Source: an uncultured Gemmatimonadales bacterium
Lineage (GTDB): Bacteria; Gemmatimonadota; Gemmatimonadetes; Gemmatimonadales; GWC2-71-9
NCBI GenBank assembly: GCA_963730185.1
Contig: CAVSQW010000009.1
Coordinates: 288,001-352,000 of the forward strand
Reading direction: 5' to 3'
DNA length: 64,000 nt
Shown here piece after piece: positions 53,395 through 64,000 of this stretch (the first letter of the stretch is position 1; every line of letters begins with the position of its first letter). The notes beneath the pieces were generated by a model. That model was not told the origin of the DNA. It worked only from the letters and a program-made list of their open reading frames with translations, and did no database searches. The position numbers and the translations under genes are program-made.

Positions 53395-56300
53395 CTAACG
53401 ACCGCTCCCGAGCGGCGCCAAGCCCGCGGCCCGGAGCCGGGCGTCGAGCCGGGCCAAGGGCCCCTCCCGGAAGCGACGCCAGGCGGCCTCGAGGCCGGCG
53501 AGGGCCCGGTCCCGCTCCGCGATCGCCGCGACCGCCTGGCTGGTCGGAGCCCGATCGGCGCCTTCCAGAATGTCGTAGAGCCGCAGCAGCTGGGCGCTGA
53601 GGCCTCCGGCGCTCCCCTCGAGGGTCGCCGCGCCGGCCTCCACCGAGTCGATGGCCCGCGCCAGCGGGGCCGGCGCCTCGACCCGGCGGGCCCGAAGACT
53701 GTCCCGCAGGGTCCGGAGCCGAGCGAGCGCGTCGTTGGCTCGCCCGACGCCCGCCACCATTCGCCGGGACAGCACGAGCTGCCGGCGGAGGTCCGCCATC
53801 GCCGTCCGGACCCGGGGATCCATCCGCACGGTGAGCGGCTGGGTGAGTGAGCGTCCGTCGGCGGTCAACCGGACCTGGTAGCGGCCGGGGAGCACCCAGG
53901 GTCCGCGAGGAACCCGCGGCGTGTCACCGGGGACGGCGGCGATCGGATAGCCGACGTGGGCGACCGGCGGTGGCGGATAGCGGAGGTCCCAGACGAAGCG
54001 GTGCATCCCCGGTTCGGTCGACGGGACCCGAACCGGGCGGATCCAGAGCGCGGGGACGTTGCCTTCGTCCCTGATCGGTGGCACCGAGTCGTCGCTGGCG
54101 TAGCGGCGGACGACCGCGCCGGTCGAGTCGAGGATCTCGAGCACGACCGGCGTTCCGGCCGGCCGGCCCAGCCAGTAGTTCAGGATGGCGCCGTCGGGCG
54201 GATTGGGGCTCCGGGGCTCGTCGGGAGGGAGCGGCGTGTCGGTGTTGGTGTTCCAGCGGACCCGGGTGGCCTTCTCGGGACGAAAGAGCGCGGCCGGCCG
54301 CTCGGCCGTGGCCGCCGTGATCTGGCGGAGCGGGGTGAGGTCGTCGAGGATCCAGAACCCGCGACCGTGGGTGCCGATGACCAGGTCGTCGTCTTTGACG
54401 ATCAGGTCGCGGATCGAGGTCGCCGGCAGGTTGAGCCGGAGCGACTGCCAGTGGTCGCCGTCGTCGAACGACACGGAGACCGTCCGCTCGGTGCCCGCGA
54501 AGAGCAGGCCCCGCCGCCTCGGGTCCTCACGGACCGTGTTGACCGGGGCGTCGTCGGGGAGGCCGGCCGTGATCTCGGTCCAGGACCGGCCGCCGTCCTG
54601 GGTCCGGAGAATGTGGGGTCGGAGATCGTCGAGGCGGAGGGTATTGATCGCGGCATAGGCCGTGAGGGTGTCGAAATGCGAGGCGTCGATGATCGAGACC
54701 TTGGCCCAGGGCCCGAGTGCCGGCGGGGTCACGTTCCGCCAGCGCCGGCCGCCGTCGAAGGTGACCTGGATCAGACCGTCGTCCGTGCCGGCCCAGAGGA
54801 TCCGCTCGGCGATCGGGCTCGGCGCCAGGGTGTAGACGACGCCGGGGTGCCGGGCGGTGGCCTCGTCGCGGCTGCCGTAGGGGGCCACGTTAGGCGGGAT
54901 GCGCGAATCGGTGCGGGTCAGGTCGGGACTGATCGTGGTCCAGTGGCGGCCCCCGTCGAGCGTCTTCCAGACCCGGTTGGCACCGAAGTAGAGCGCCCGG
55001 GGATTCACCGGCGAGTAGAGCAGCGGCGCGGTCCGGACCATCCGGTAGTCGGCCGAGCGGAACGGGAGCGGAGCGACGTCCTGGGTCTGACCGGTGCGCC
55101 GGTCGTACCGGGTGACCTTGCCGCCGTAGACGAGGTCCGGGTCGAGCGGGTCGGGCGCGACGTAGCCGTACTCCTCCACCCCCACCGGATGCCACTCGCG
55201 AAAGGTGATCTGGCCGTCGTTCCCCCGGCTGGCGACGCAGGCGGAGCCGCTCTCCTGCTGGCCGCCGCAGACCCGATAGGGAAAGGCGTTATCGGCGCTC
55301 ACGTGGTAGAACTGCGCCGTCGGCTGGTTGTACCAGGAGCTCCAGCTCTCGCCCCCGTTGACGGTGATGATCACGCCCTGGTCCGCCGCGATCAGGATGA
55401 TCTTGGGGTTCTCGGGGTTGATCCAGATCCGGTGGTAGTCGTCGCCGCCCGGCGCGCCCCGGAAGGCGGCGAAGGTCTTGCCCCCGTCGACCGACTTCCA
55501 GGTGACCACGCTCCCGGTGTAGACCACGTCCGGGTTGGTCGGGTCGACCTTCACCTCGGCGAAGTCCGACGGTCGGCCGACCACCCGCAGGTCGGCAGTA
55601 ACCCGGTACCAGCTCTCGCCCGCGTCGTCCGAGCGGAAGAGCCAGCCGGCGCCGTTGACCTCGACGCTGGCGTAGAGGCGGTTCGGATCGCTGGGCGCGA
55701 CCGTGATCCCGATCCGTCCCAACCCGTCGTCGAAGGTGGGGAGCCCCCGGGTGAGCTGGCGCCAGGTGGCGCCGCCGTCGGTGGACTTGTAGAGCCCGCT
55801 GCCGGGACCGTAGAAGAAGCCATTCTCCCAGGGCGCCTGACGGGCTTCCCAGAGCACCGCGTAGACGATCTCGGGATTCTTCGGGTCGAGCACCACGTCG
55901 ACCGCCCCGGTGTTCTCGTCCCGAGATAGTACCCGGCGGAAGGTCTCGGCGCCGTCGGTCGAGAGGTAGAGACCGCGCTCTTCGTTGGGGCCGTAGGGAT
56001 GACCCATCACCGCCACGAAGAGCCGGTTCGGGTCGTGCGGGTCGATCGCGATCTGCGGGATCTGCTGCCCGTCCCGGAGACCCAGATGGCGCCAGGTCTT
56101 CCCGCCGTCGGCGCTCTTGTAGATCCCGTTGCCGGTGGAGAGGTCGGGCCGCTGGAGCCCCTCGCCGCTCCCGACGTAGATCACCTCGGGGTCGGACGGC
56201 GCGATGGCCAGGGCGCCAACCGAGCCGGTCGGTTGGTCGTCGAAGATCGGTGTCCAGGTGCGGCCGTAGTCGGTGGTCTTCCAGACGCCGCCGTTGACCA

Positions 56301-56499
56301 CGCCCACGTAGAACTCGTTCGGCCGGCCGGGCACGCCCGAGGCGGCCTTGGTCCGCCCGCCGCGGAACGGACCGATGTTGCGCCAGTGGAGATCCTGGTA
56401 GAGGCGGGGATCGAGCTGCTGCGCGGCGAGCGGCCGGCCGACGGCGAGCGACGCCGTGGCAGCCACGGCCGCGAGAAGGAAGCGAGTAGGCACAAGCAT
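53395..56499 (-). CDS. Secreted VPS10/BNR (Asp-box) repeat glycosyl-hydrolase-like protein, paralog of 32370-35519
   Basis: Signal peptide; WRNIGPFRGGR; repeated S.DGG.TW Asp boxes; THGRGFWILDD. Confidence 0.9.
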   Translation of the reverse strand: MLVPTRFLLAAVAATASLAVGRPLAAQQLDPRLYQDLHWRNIGPFRGGRTKAASGVPGRPNEFYVGVVNGGVWKTTDYGRTWTPIFDDQPTGSVGALAIAPSDPEVIYVGSGEGLQRPDLSTGNGIYKSADGGKTWRHLGLRDGQQIPQIAIDPHDPNRLFVAVMGHPYGPNEERGLYLSTDGAETFRRVLSRDENTGAVDVVLDPKNPEIVYAVLWEARQAPWENGFFYGPGSGLYKSTDGGATWRQLTRGLPTFDDGLGRIGITVAPSDPNRLYASVEVNGAGWLFRSDDAGESWYRVTADLRVVGRPSDFAEVKVDPTNPDVVYTGSVVTWKSVDGGKTFAAFRGAPGGDDYHRIWINPENPKIILIAADQGVIITVNGGESWSSWYNQPTAQFYHVSADNAFPYRVCGGQQESGSACVASRGNDGQITFREWHPVGVEEYGYVAPDPLDPDLVYGGKVTRYDRRTGQTQDVAPLPFRSADYRMVRTAPLLYSPVNPRALYFGANRVWKTLDGGRHWTTISPDLTRTDSRIPPNVAPYGSRDEATARHPGVVYTLAPSPIAERILWAGTDDGLIQVTFDGGRRWRNVTPPALGPWAKVSIIDASHFDTLTAYAAINTLRLDDLRPHILRTQDGGRSWTEITAGLPDDAPVNTVREDPRRRGLLFAGTERTVSVSFDDGDHWQSLRLNLPATSIRDLIVKDDDLVIGTHGRGFWILDDLTPLRQITAATAERPAALFRPEKATRVRWNTNTDTPLPPDEPRSPNPPDGAILNYWLGRPAGTPVVLEILDSTGAVVRRYASDDSVPPIRDEGNVPALWIRPVRVPSTEPGMHRFVWDLRYPPPPVAHVGYPIAAVPGDTPRVPRGPWVLPGRYQVRLTADGRSLTQPLTVRMDPRVRTAMADLRRQLVLSRRMVAGVGRANDALARLRTLRDSLRARRVEAPAPLARAIDSVEAGAATLEGSAGGLSAQLLRLYDILEGADRAPTSQAVAAIAERDRALAGLEAAWRRFREGPLARLDARLRAAGLAPLGSGR

Positions 56500-56687
56500 C
56501 CTGGGCTGAGACGTGCTCGAATCTACCGGGACTTTGGCGGCGTTCGCAGGGATCGGTCTCGACCCGCGTCGGTCCGGGAGGTGGGCCCGCCGGCCGGCGC
56601 CGGACCGGGCCAGCTCGGTTGACCCGGTTTCCGGGCGACGGCACCTTTGAGCCGCGACGTTCTCCCCCCGCTTCTCGAGGCAGCTCC

Positions 56688-58241
56688 ATGGGTACGACAG
56701 TCTTCGCGCGCCGGTTGGCGACGGTTACGGTGCTCCTGGCCGGCCTGGCCATCCGCCCGCTCCCGGGGCAGGAGCCGGCCGCCGCGGCCATCGCCCGGCT
56801 CAAGACCGAGGCGTTCCAGCGGAGTCAGGTGATGGATCTGACCAGCTGGCTCACCGACGTGCACGGACCGCGGCTCACCGGCTCGCCGATCACCAAGGCC
56901 GCGGGCGAGTGGGCGGTCGAGACGCTCCGGAGCTGGGGCCTCCGGCACGTGGGCTTCGAGTGGTGGGGACCGTTCGGACGAGGGTGGGTCAACGAGAAGT
57001 TCTACGCCCAAGTCACCGCCCCGGTCCCGTTTCCGGTGATCGGCTATCCCAACGCCTGGACGGTGGGAACCGACTCGCTCGTCAAGGCCAGCTTCGTGAT
57101 CATCGACATCTCGAAGCTGACAGTGGACAGCCTGGCGCGCTGGAAGGGCAAGCTTCGCGGCCAGTTCGTGCTGGCCCGGCCGGAGCCCGAGGTCGAGCCG
57201 ATCTTCGTGGCGCCCGGCCGGCGGCTCACGGAGAGCGTGCTCGACAGTCTGGCGGCGCTCGATGCCAATCCGCCCCGAACGAGCCGAGGCCGCTCGGAGT
57301 CACCTCCGAGGAGCGATCAGGGTCGGGTGCTCGACCAGTTCGAGCTGATGCCGTTCTGGGTGGACGAGGGCGTCGCCGCGTTGCTCTTCCCCGCTCGGGG
57401 GAGCGGGGGGACCGTGTTTCCGGTGGGCGTTGGGAGCCGGGCCGTCGACCCGGCTCCCTCGGTTCCGGAGCTCTCCCTGGCGGTCGAGCACTACGGCCGG
57501 ATCTACCGCATGGTGGAGAAGGGGATCCCGGTCGAGATGGAGCTCGACGTCCGAAACCGTTTTTCCAGCGACGACCTTCGCTCCTTCAATATCGTGGCCG
57601 AGATCCCGGGGACCGACCAGCCGGACGAGCTGGTGATGCTCGGCGCCCACTTCGACAGCTGGCACACCGCGACCGGCGCCACCGACAACGCGGCCGGGTC
57701 GGCGGTGATGATGGAGGCGATGCGGATCCTCAAGGCCAGCGGGGTGTCGCTCCGCCGCACCGTGCGGTTGGCGCTCTGGACCGGGGAGGAGGAGGGGCTG
57801 CTCGGATCGCGGGAGTACGTTCGCGCCCACTTCGGCGACCCCCGGACCGGCCAGGTCGCCTCCGAGCAGGCCAAGGTCTCGGCCTATTACAACGTCGACA
57901 ACGGCACCGGAGCGATTCGGGGGATCTACCTCCAGGGCAACGCCGCCGTAGACTCGATCTTCAAGGCGTGGATGAAGTACGTCGACTCCGACAGCATCTC
58001 GGTCCGCCACACCACCCTTCGAGGGACCGGGGGCACCGATCACCTCGCCTTCGACGCAGTCGGAATCCCCGGTTTCCAGTTCATCCAGGATCCGATCGAG
58101 TACGCCACCCGCACCCACCACTCGAACATGGATCTCTACGAGCGGATCCAGCCCACCGACATGCGACACAACGCGCTGGTCGTGGCGGTGTTCGTCTACC
58201 TGACGGCGAACCGGGAGGAGCTGTTGCCCAGGAAGGGGTGA
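56688..58241 (+). CDS. Secreted M28 metallopeptidase (carboxypeptidase Q-like)
   Basis: GPRLTGS, GAHFDSW, ATDNAAG, GEEEGLLGS, DNGTG, GTDH, THHSNMD; start at MGTTVF. Confidence 0.9.
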   Translation: MGTTVFARRLATVTVLLAGLAIRPLPGQEPAAAAIARLKTEAFQRSQVMDLTSWLTDVHGPRLTGSPITKAAGEWAVETLRSWGLRHVGFEWWGPFGRGWVNEKFYAQVTAPVPFPVIGYPNAWTVGTDSLVKASFVIIDISKLTVDSLARWKGKLRGQFVLARPEPEVEPIFVAPGRRLTESVLDSLAALDANPPRTSRGRSESPPRSDQGRVLDQFELMPFWVDEGVAALLFPARGSGGTVFPVGVGSRAVDPAPSVPELSLAVEHYGRIYRMVEKGIPVEMELDVRNRFSSDDLRSFNIVAEIPGTDQPDELVMLGAHFDSWHTATGATDNAAGSAVMMEAMRILKASGVSLRRTVRLALWTGEEEGLLGSREYVRAHFGDPRTGQVASEQAKVSAYYNVDNGTGAIRGIYLQGNAAVDSIFKAWMKYVDSDSISVRHTTLRGTGGTDHLAFDAVGIPGFQFIQDPIEYATRTHHSNMDLYERIQPTDMRHNALVVAVFVYLTANREELLPRKG

Positions 58242-58394
58242 CGGGGAAGACGGGACGAGACCCGGAGAAGCAGGGTCGGAGCCTGGCACCTCTCCCCGCC
58301 CCTCCACGCCCCTCCACGTCCCCTTCATTCCCTCTTCCCGCCCGCTTCACCCTCGCCCGATGAACGTCCCCCATCCTCAACCCTCGCAGGGTGA

Positions 58395-59816
<1,422 letters not shown>

Positions 59817-59911
59817 GGGCGGTTGACGGCGGCCCTCGGTCGCTGCATGGTATCGGGAGCGGGCGCCGCAGGCGCCCGCTCCCTCTTCCTCCATTGACCC
59901 AGGCACTGGCC

Positions 59912-61555
59912 ATGACAGGCACCCGGATCCCATCGGTTCTGGCGGTTCTCGCGTCGTTCGCGCTCGCTGGGTGCGGCGGCCCTTCGTCGCCCGAGCTGGT
60001 GCTCCATCACGGGAAGATCTTCACGGCGGACACCGCCACGCCATTCGTCGAGGCCCTCGCCATTCGGGACGGCCGGATCGTCCGGATCGGCACCGACGCC
60101 GAGGTGCTCGCGGCGGCGGCGGCCGACGCTCGCCGGGTCGATCTCGGCGGCCGGACGGTGGTTCCGGGCTTCAACGACGCGCACGACCACATCGTGCCCA
60201 CGATGACCGGTGTCTCGTTCGCGACCGGGACCGACCCGCTCCCCGACCCGCCTTTTGCCGTGGTCCGGGACAGCATCCGGGCCATCGCGAGCCGGGTGCC
60301 GAAGGGAAGCTGGATCGAGAGCGACGTCGGGGAGCGGGTCCTGAGCGATCCCGCGGCCCGGCGGGTGGCGTTGGACCGGGTTGCGCCCGATCATCCGGTC
60401 GTCCTCCGAGCCTGGACCGGTCACGGCATGGTGTTCAACTCGGCGGCGCTCGCGGTGGTCGGCGCGAGCGACTCGGTCCGCGATCCGCTGGGGGGACGGT
60501 TCGGTCGGGATGCCGGGGGCCGACTCGACGGGTTGGTGGAGGAGTATGCGAGCTGGGCCCTCTGGCGCGGGCTCGCGCCGAGCGACTCGACCGCGCTCCG
60601 GGGCGGGTTCGAAGACCGGGCCCGGCAGGTGATCGGTTGGGGGATCACCAGCGTCCAGTCGTTCACCACGGGCGAAGATCCGGCCGTGCTCGGGCCGGTG
60701 CTCGGCGGGCTCCACCTGCCGATTCACCTACGAGTCATTCCGATGCCGATGACCTCGCCGACCGGCCGGGTCATGGCGCCGTGGGCCGATTTCCACTCGG
60801 CGGGTGAGGTCGAGGTGTCGGGGATCAAATGGATTCTGGACGGCACCCCGGTCGAGCGTCTGGCCGCCTACCGGCAGCCGTACTCGGATCGTCCGGCTTG
60901 GTACGGCCGGACCGACTTCCCGGCCGATACCCTGGCGGTGATGCTGCGCGAGGCGCTGGACCGGAACCAGCAGCCCCTGATCCACGCCGTGGGCGACAGC
61001 TCGATCGCGATGCTGCTCCACACGATGGAGCGGCTCGCCCCGGACTCGGTCTGGCGAGCTCGGCGGCTCCGGATCGAGCACGGCGAGGGCCTCGCGCCCG
61101 ACCTCATTCCATTGGCGGCTCGGCTGGGGGTGGGCGTGGTCCAGAACCCGTCGCACCTGACGCTGGGTCGGCTGGCGCTGGCGCGAAAGGGTCCGGCCCG
61201 GATGGCGTACTACCAGCCGCTCCAGTCGCTCCGCCGGGCCGGCATCGTCGTGGGGCTGGGCTCCGACGGGCCGCTCAACCCGTTCCTCAATCTGATGCTG
61301 GCCGTGATGCATCCGGACAACCCGGCCGAGGCGCTCACCATGGAGCAGGCGGTCCGGGCCTATACCTGGGGCTCCGCCTGGGCGGAGGGAGAGGAAGACC
61401 AGAAGGGGACGTTGACGCCGGGCAAGTTGGCGGATCTCGCGGTGCTCTCGCAGGACATCTTCACGGCCGCGCCGCCGACCCTGCCGGGCACCACCAGCGT
61501 GCTGACCTTGGTCGCCGGCCGTCCGGTCCACGATCCAGACGGGCTCCTGCGCTGA
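59912..61555 (+). CDS. YtcJ-like amidohydrolase (Amidohydro_3) lipoprotein
   Basis: Lipobox LAGC; VVPGFNDAHDH, KWILDG, HAVGD, RIEH, GSD, GTL.PGKLADLAVLSQD. Confidence 0.9.
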   Translation: MTGTRIPSVLAVLASFALAGCGGPSSPELVLHHGKIFTADTATPFVEALAIRDGRIVRIGTDAEVLAAAAADARRVDLGGRTVVPGFNDAHDHIVPTMTGVSFATGTDPLPDPPFAVVRDSIRAIASRVPKGSWIESDVGERVLSDPAARRVALDRVAPDHPVVLRAWTGHGMVFNSAALAVVGASDSVRDPLGGRFGRDAGGRLDGLVEEYASWALWRGLAPSDSTALRGGFEDRARQVIGWGITSVQSFTTGEDPAVLGPVLGGLHLPIHLRVIPMPMTSPTGRVMAPWADFHSAGEVEVSGIKWILDGTPVERLAAYRQPYSDRPAWYGRTDFPADTLAVMLREALDRNQQPLIHAVGDSSIAMLLHTMERLAPDSVWRARRLRIEHGEGLAPDLIPLAARLGVGVVQNPSHLTLGRLALARKGPARMAYYQPLQSLRRAGIVVGLGSDGPLNPFLNLMLAVMHPDNPAEALTMEQAVRAYTWGSAWAEGEEDQKGTLTPGKLADLAVLSQDIFTAAPPTLPGTTSVLTLVAGRPVHDPDGLLR

Positions 61556-61575
61556 GGCTCGGCCGGCCGGCCGCC

Positions 61576-62187
61576 TCAGGGCAACGGTGGCGGGCGGACT
61601 GGACCGCTGTGCGGGTTGGCGACGTTCCGTCCCGACGGCGCTGCGGGCCGACCGTCGGGCCGGCCGGGAACCCCGCGGCGGAGCCGTCCCCAGTGTCCCG
61701 TGGAGAGGGGAATCGCTCCGTACGGAATCGGGTCCAGCGCCGCGTTCGCCACGATGGCCGCGGGATCGGGCCAAGCCCCGTAGTCGTACACCGCCCAGTC
61801 GCCGTCTCGAGCTCGCGCGACGGCCACCCGCTGGATGATCCGGCCGCCCGCGGGGCGGTTGGTGGCAAAGACGTAGATGGCCCAATCCACCGGAGGCGCG
61901 ACCGCCTCGTTCCGTCCGGTGGCCGACTCCAGCAGCCGACGACCGGGGCGGCCCGGCAGGCGTCCCCGCTGGGCCTCGACCCACGATTCCCAGGCCGCTT
62001 CGGGGATGCTGGTTTGGAAGTAGGGGTCGGTCTGGTGCCAGGCGACCCCGCCCTGGCCGCCGGCCACCAGATCGAGCCAGGCGGCCGCCGACGTTTCGGG
62101 GCCGGCCGGCGGCTCCTGGGCCCGACCGATGGCGGACGCCAGGGCCAGCGCGGCCACGACCAGTATGATGGAAAGCTTCGCGCGCAT
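61576..62187 (-). CDS. Exported hypothetical protein (DUF4019-like) with Pro/Arg-rich tail
   Basis: Signal peptide MRAKLSII...GRAQ; AAAWLDLV..G, W.....FQ, W...V...RG, DGDWAV..Y pattern. Confidence 0.6.
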   Translation of the reverse strand: MRAKLSIILVVAALALASAIGRAQEPPAGPETSAAAWLDLVAGGQGGVAWHQTDPYFQTSIPEAAWESWVEAQRGRLPGRPGRRLLESATGRNEAVAPPVDWAIYVFATNRPAGGRIIQRVAVARARDGDWAVYDYGAWPDPAAIVANAALDPIPYGAIPLSTGHWGRLRRGVPGRPDGRPAAPSGRNVANPHSGPVRPPPLP

Positions 62188-62298
62188 GTCCGGTCCCGCG
62201 TCTCCGACTCGAGGAATATGCGCCCGGATCGCGGCACCGTCGATAGTCGCTATCTTGGGAGGCCGGATCTCGTCTGCCACCTACTCCCCATCCGACCC

Positions 62299-63966
62299 AT
62301 GACTTCGCTTCGAGGCTTCGTCCCCTTGCTCGTGCTGCCGCTCGCGACGACCACGCCGGCTCGAGCCCAGGGCATCGACACCGCCGCCGTCGACCACGTG
62401 TTCGCGGCCTACGACCACACCAACTCGCCGGGCTGCGCGCTGGGCGTCTATCGGGACGGGCAGATCGCGTACCAGCGGGGTTACGGGATGGCCAATCTCG
62501 ATCTCGGGGTCCCGATCACGTCTAACACGTTCTTCGATATCGGCTCCACCTCGAAGCAGTTCACGGCCGCCTCGATCGCGCTCTTGGTGGGCGACGGCAA
62601 GATCTCGTTCGACGACGACGTCCGGAAGTACGTGCCCGAGGTGCCCGACTACGGCACCCCGATCACGATCGAGAACCTGATTCGACACACCAGCGGACTC
62701 CGGGACTACAACGGACTGCTCTTTCTGGCCGGTCACCAGGAGGAGGACTACACCAACGACGCCGACGGGTTGGACATCATCGCCCGGCAGCGGGCCCTCA
62801 ACTTCAAGCCGGGGACGCGCTGGGACTATTCCAACACCGGGTTTTTCCTGCTCAGCGTGATCGTCGAGCGGGTGAGCGGCAAGACGCTGTCCGAGTTCGC
62901 GAAGGAACGGATCTTCGCCCCGCTGGGCATGACCGAGACCAACTTCCGGACCGATCATACCCAGATCCTTCCGGGCCGGGCGGTCGGCTACGCGCCGCGC
63001 CCCGAGGGCGGTTTTCGGATCGAGATGTCGGACTGGGATCAGACCGGCGACGGGGCGGTCAACACGTCGATCAACGAGCTAATTCGCTGGGATGAGAACT
63101 TCTACCACCCGATCGTCGGCGGCCAGGCGATGGTCGACCGGCTTCAGGCGCCCGGGACGCTCGACGACGGCACCCCGCACGGCTACGGCCGCGGCCTCTT
63201 CGTCGATACCTATCGCGGCCTCCGGCGGGTGCATCACGGGGGGGCGTGGGCGGGGTACCGGGCGATGCTGATGCGGTTTCCGGAGCGGCACACTTCGGTG
63301 GGGCTGCTCTGCAACCTGGCCAGTGCCAGCACCCAGACGCTGTCGGAGCAGGTCGCCGACGTGGTGATTGGCTCTGGCTTCCCCGAGGCCAAGCCCGCGA
63401 CGGCCCAGGCGGCGGAAGCGCCGGCCGCCCCGACGACGCCGGTGAACGCCGCCCGCTACGCCGGTCTCTACTTTTCGACCGCCGAGCAGGGCGTGGTCCG
63501 GATCGCCGCCCAGGACGGCGGCATCGCGGCCGGGGTCTTCGGGGCGACGCTGCCGCTCCGACCGACCGGCCCCGACCAGTTCACATCGACGGGGTTCCCG
63601 GTGGTGATCGGGTTCGGCGGCGCAGCCTCGGGCCGGGCCGACACCCTCCGTCTGTCGGTTCTGGGTGACCAGCGGGTCTACACCCGGGTGGCGGAGGCGC
63701 ACCCGACGGCGGCCGACCTGGCCGAGCTGGCGGGCAGCTACTACAGCCCGGAGCTCGACGTCACCTGGCGGGTGGCCTTGGAAGACGGGAAGGCGGTGCT
63801 GCACGCCCGCGGGCTCGACAACGGCACCTTGGAGCCGGCCATGAAGGATGGCTTTACCGGCGGAACCGGCTTCGCCCGCTTCCTCCGGGACCCAAGAGGG
63901 CGGATCGTCGGCTTCGACCTGAGCGCCAGCCGGACCCAAGGGATCCGGTTCGAGCGGAGACGTTAG
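62299..63966 (+). CDS. Secreted beta-lactamase-family (class C / D-aminopeptidase-like) serine hydrolase with C-terminal beta-barrel domains
   Basis: Start at MTSLRGF with signal peptide; FDIGSTSKQF (SxxK), HTSG, YSN, HGG; two repeated Y.G.Y.S C-terminal domains. Confidence 0.9.
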   Translation: MTSLRGFVPLLVLPLATTTPARAQGIDTAAVDHVFAAYDHTNSPGCALGVYRDGQIAYQRGYGMANLDLGVPITSNTFFDIGSTSKQFTAASIALLVGDGKISFDDDVRKYVPEVPDYGTPITIENLIRHTSGLRDYNGLLFLAGHQEEDYTNDADGLDIIARQRALNFKPGTRWDYSNTGFFLLSVIVERVSGKTLSEFAKERIFAPLGMTETNFRTDHTQILPGRAVGYAPRPEGGFRIEMSDWDQTGDGAVNTSINELIRWDENFYHPIVGGQAMVDRLQAPGTLDDGTPHGYGRGLFVDTYRGLRRVHHGGAWAGYRAMLMRFPERHTSVGLLCNLASASTQTLSEQVADVVIGSGFPEAKPATAQAAEAPAAPTTPVNAARYAGLYFSTAEQGVVRIAAQDGGIAAGVFGATLPLRPTGPDQFTSTGFPVVIGFGGAASGRADTLRLSVLGDQRVYTRVAEAHPTAADLAELAGSYYSPELDVTWRVALEDGKAVLHARGLDNGTLEPAMKDGFTGGTGFARFLRDPRGRIVGFDLSASRTQGIRFERRR

Positions 63967-64000
63967 GCGAAGGCGGCCCGGAGGGCCGGCTTCGTGACCT

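Noticed and set aside
60829..62298. 1045-aa N-terminally extended version of the final serine hydrolase
   Set aside because: The extension overlaps two credible genes; a signal peptide begins at ATG 62299 with a -10-like box at 62251.
62299..63966. Beta-lactamase-fold genes (also 20785-21750) as antibiotic resistance determinants
   Set aside because: The motifs fit peptidase/PBP-like members (HGG triad with extra C-terminal domains; no evident Glu166) and there is no mobile context.

Overview
Gene-dense, very GC-rich bacterial chromosomal window with about 47 credible CDS. I see no rRNA, tRNA, CRISPR array, transposase, integrase or prophage. The gene content (VPS10/BNR-repeat proteins, TolB-fused amidohydrolase, membrane Ser/Thr kinase, many secreted peptidases) resembles Gemmatimonadota, but that assignment is inference only. 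Most genes are secreted or periplasmic hydrolases (M14, M28, S9, amidase, three amidohydrolases, two serine beta-lactamase-fold proteins), amino-acid catabolic enzymes (tyrosine phenol-lyase, two class III aminotransferases), transporters (P-type ATPase, APC permease, PnuC) and a thiol-transferase/dehalogenase group. The most unusual element is a two-gene signalling operon (35718-42325). It has full hybrid-kinase phosphorelay architecture, yet all four Hpt-like domains lack the phospho-accepting His, both receiver domains are degenerate, and the two kinase cores are damaged in complementary ways, so it is a candidate pseudo-phosphorelay. Other oddities: two divergent genes whose start codons overlap in one CATG, a stand-alone AP2-like protein with a histone-like tail, a degenerate LOG protein coupled to PnuC, and a disulfide-repeat His/Met-rich exported protein. 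All family calls are from motif recognition by eye; no database searches were run.
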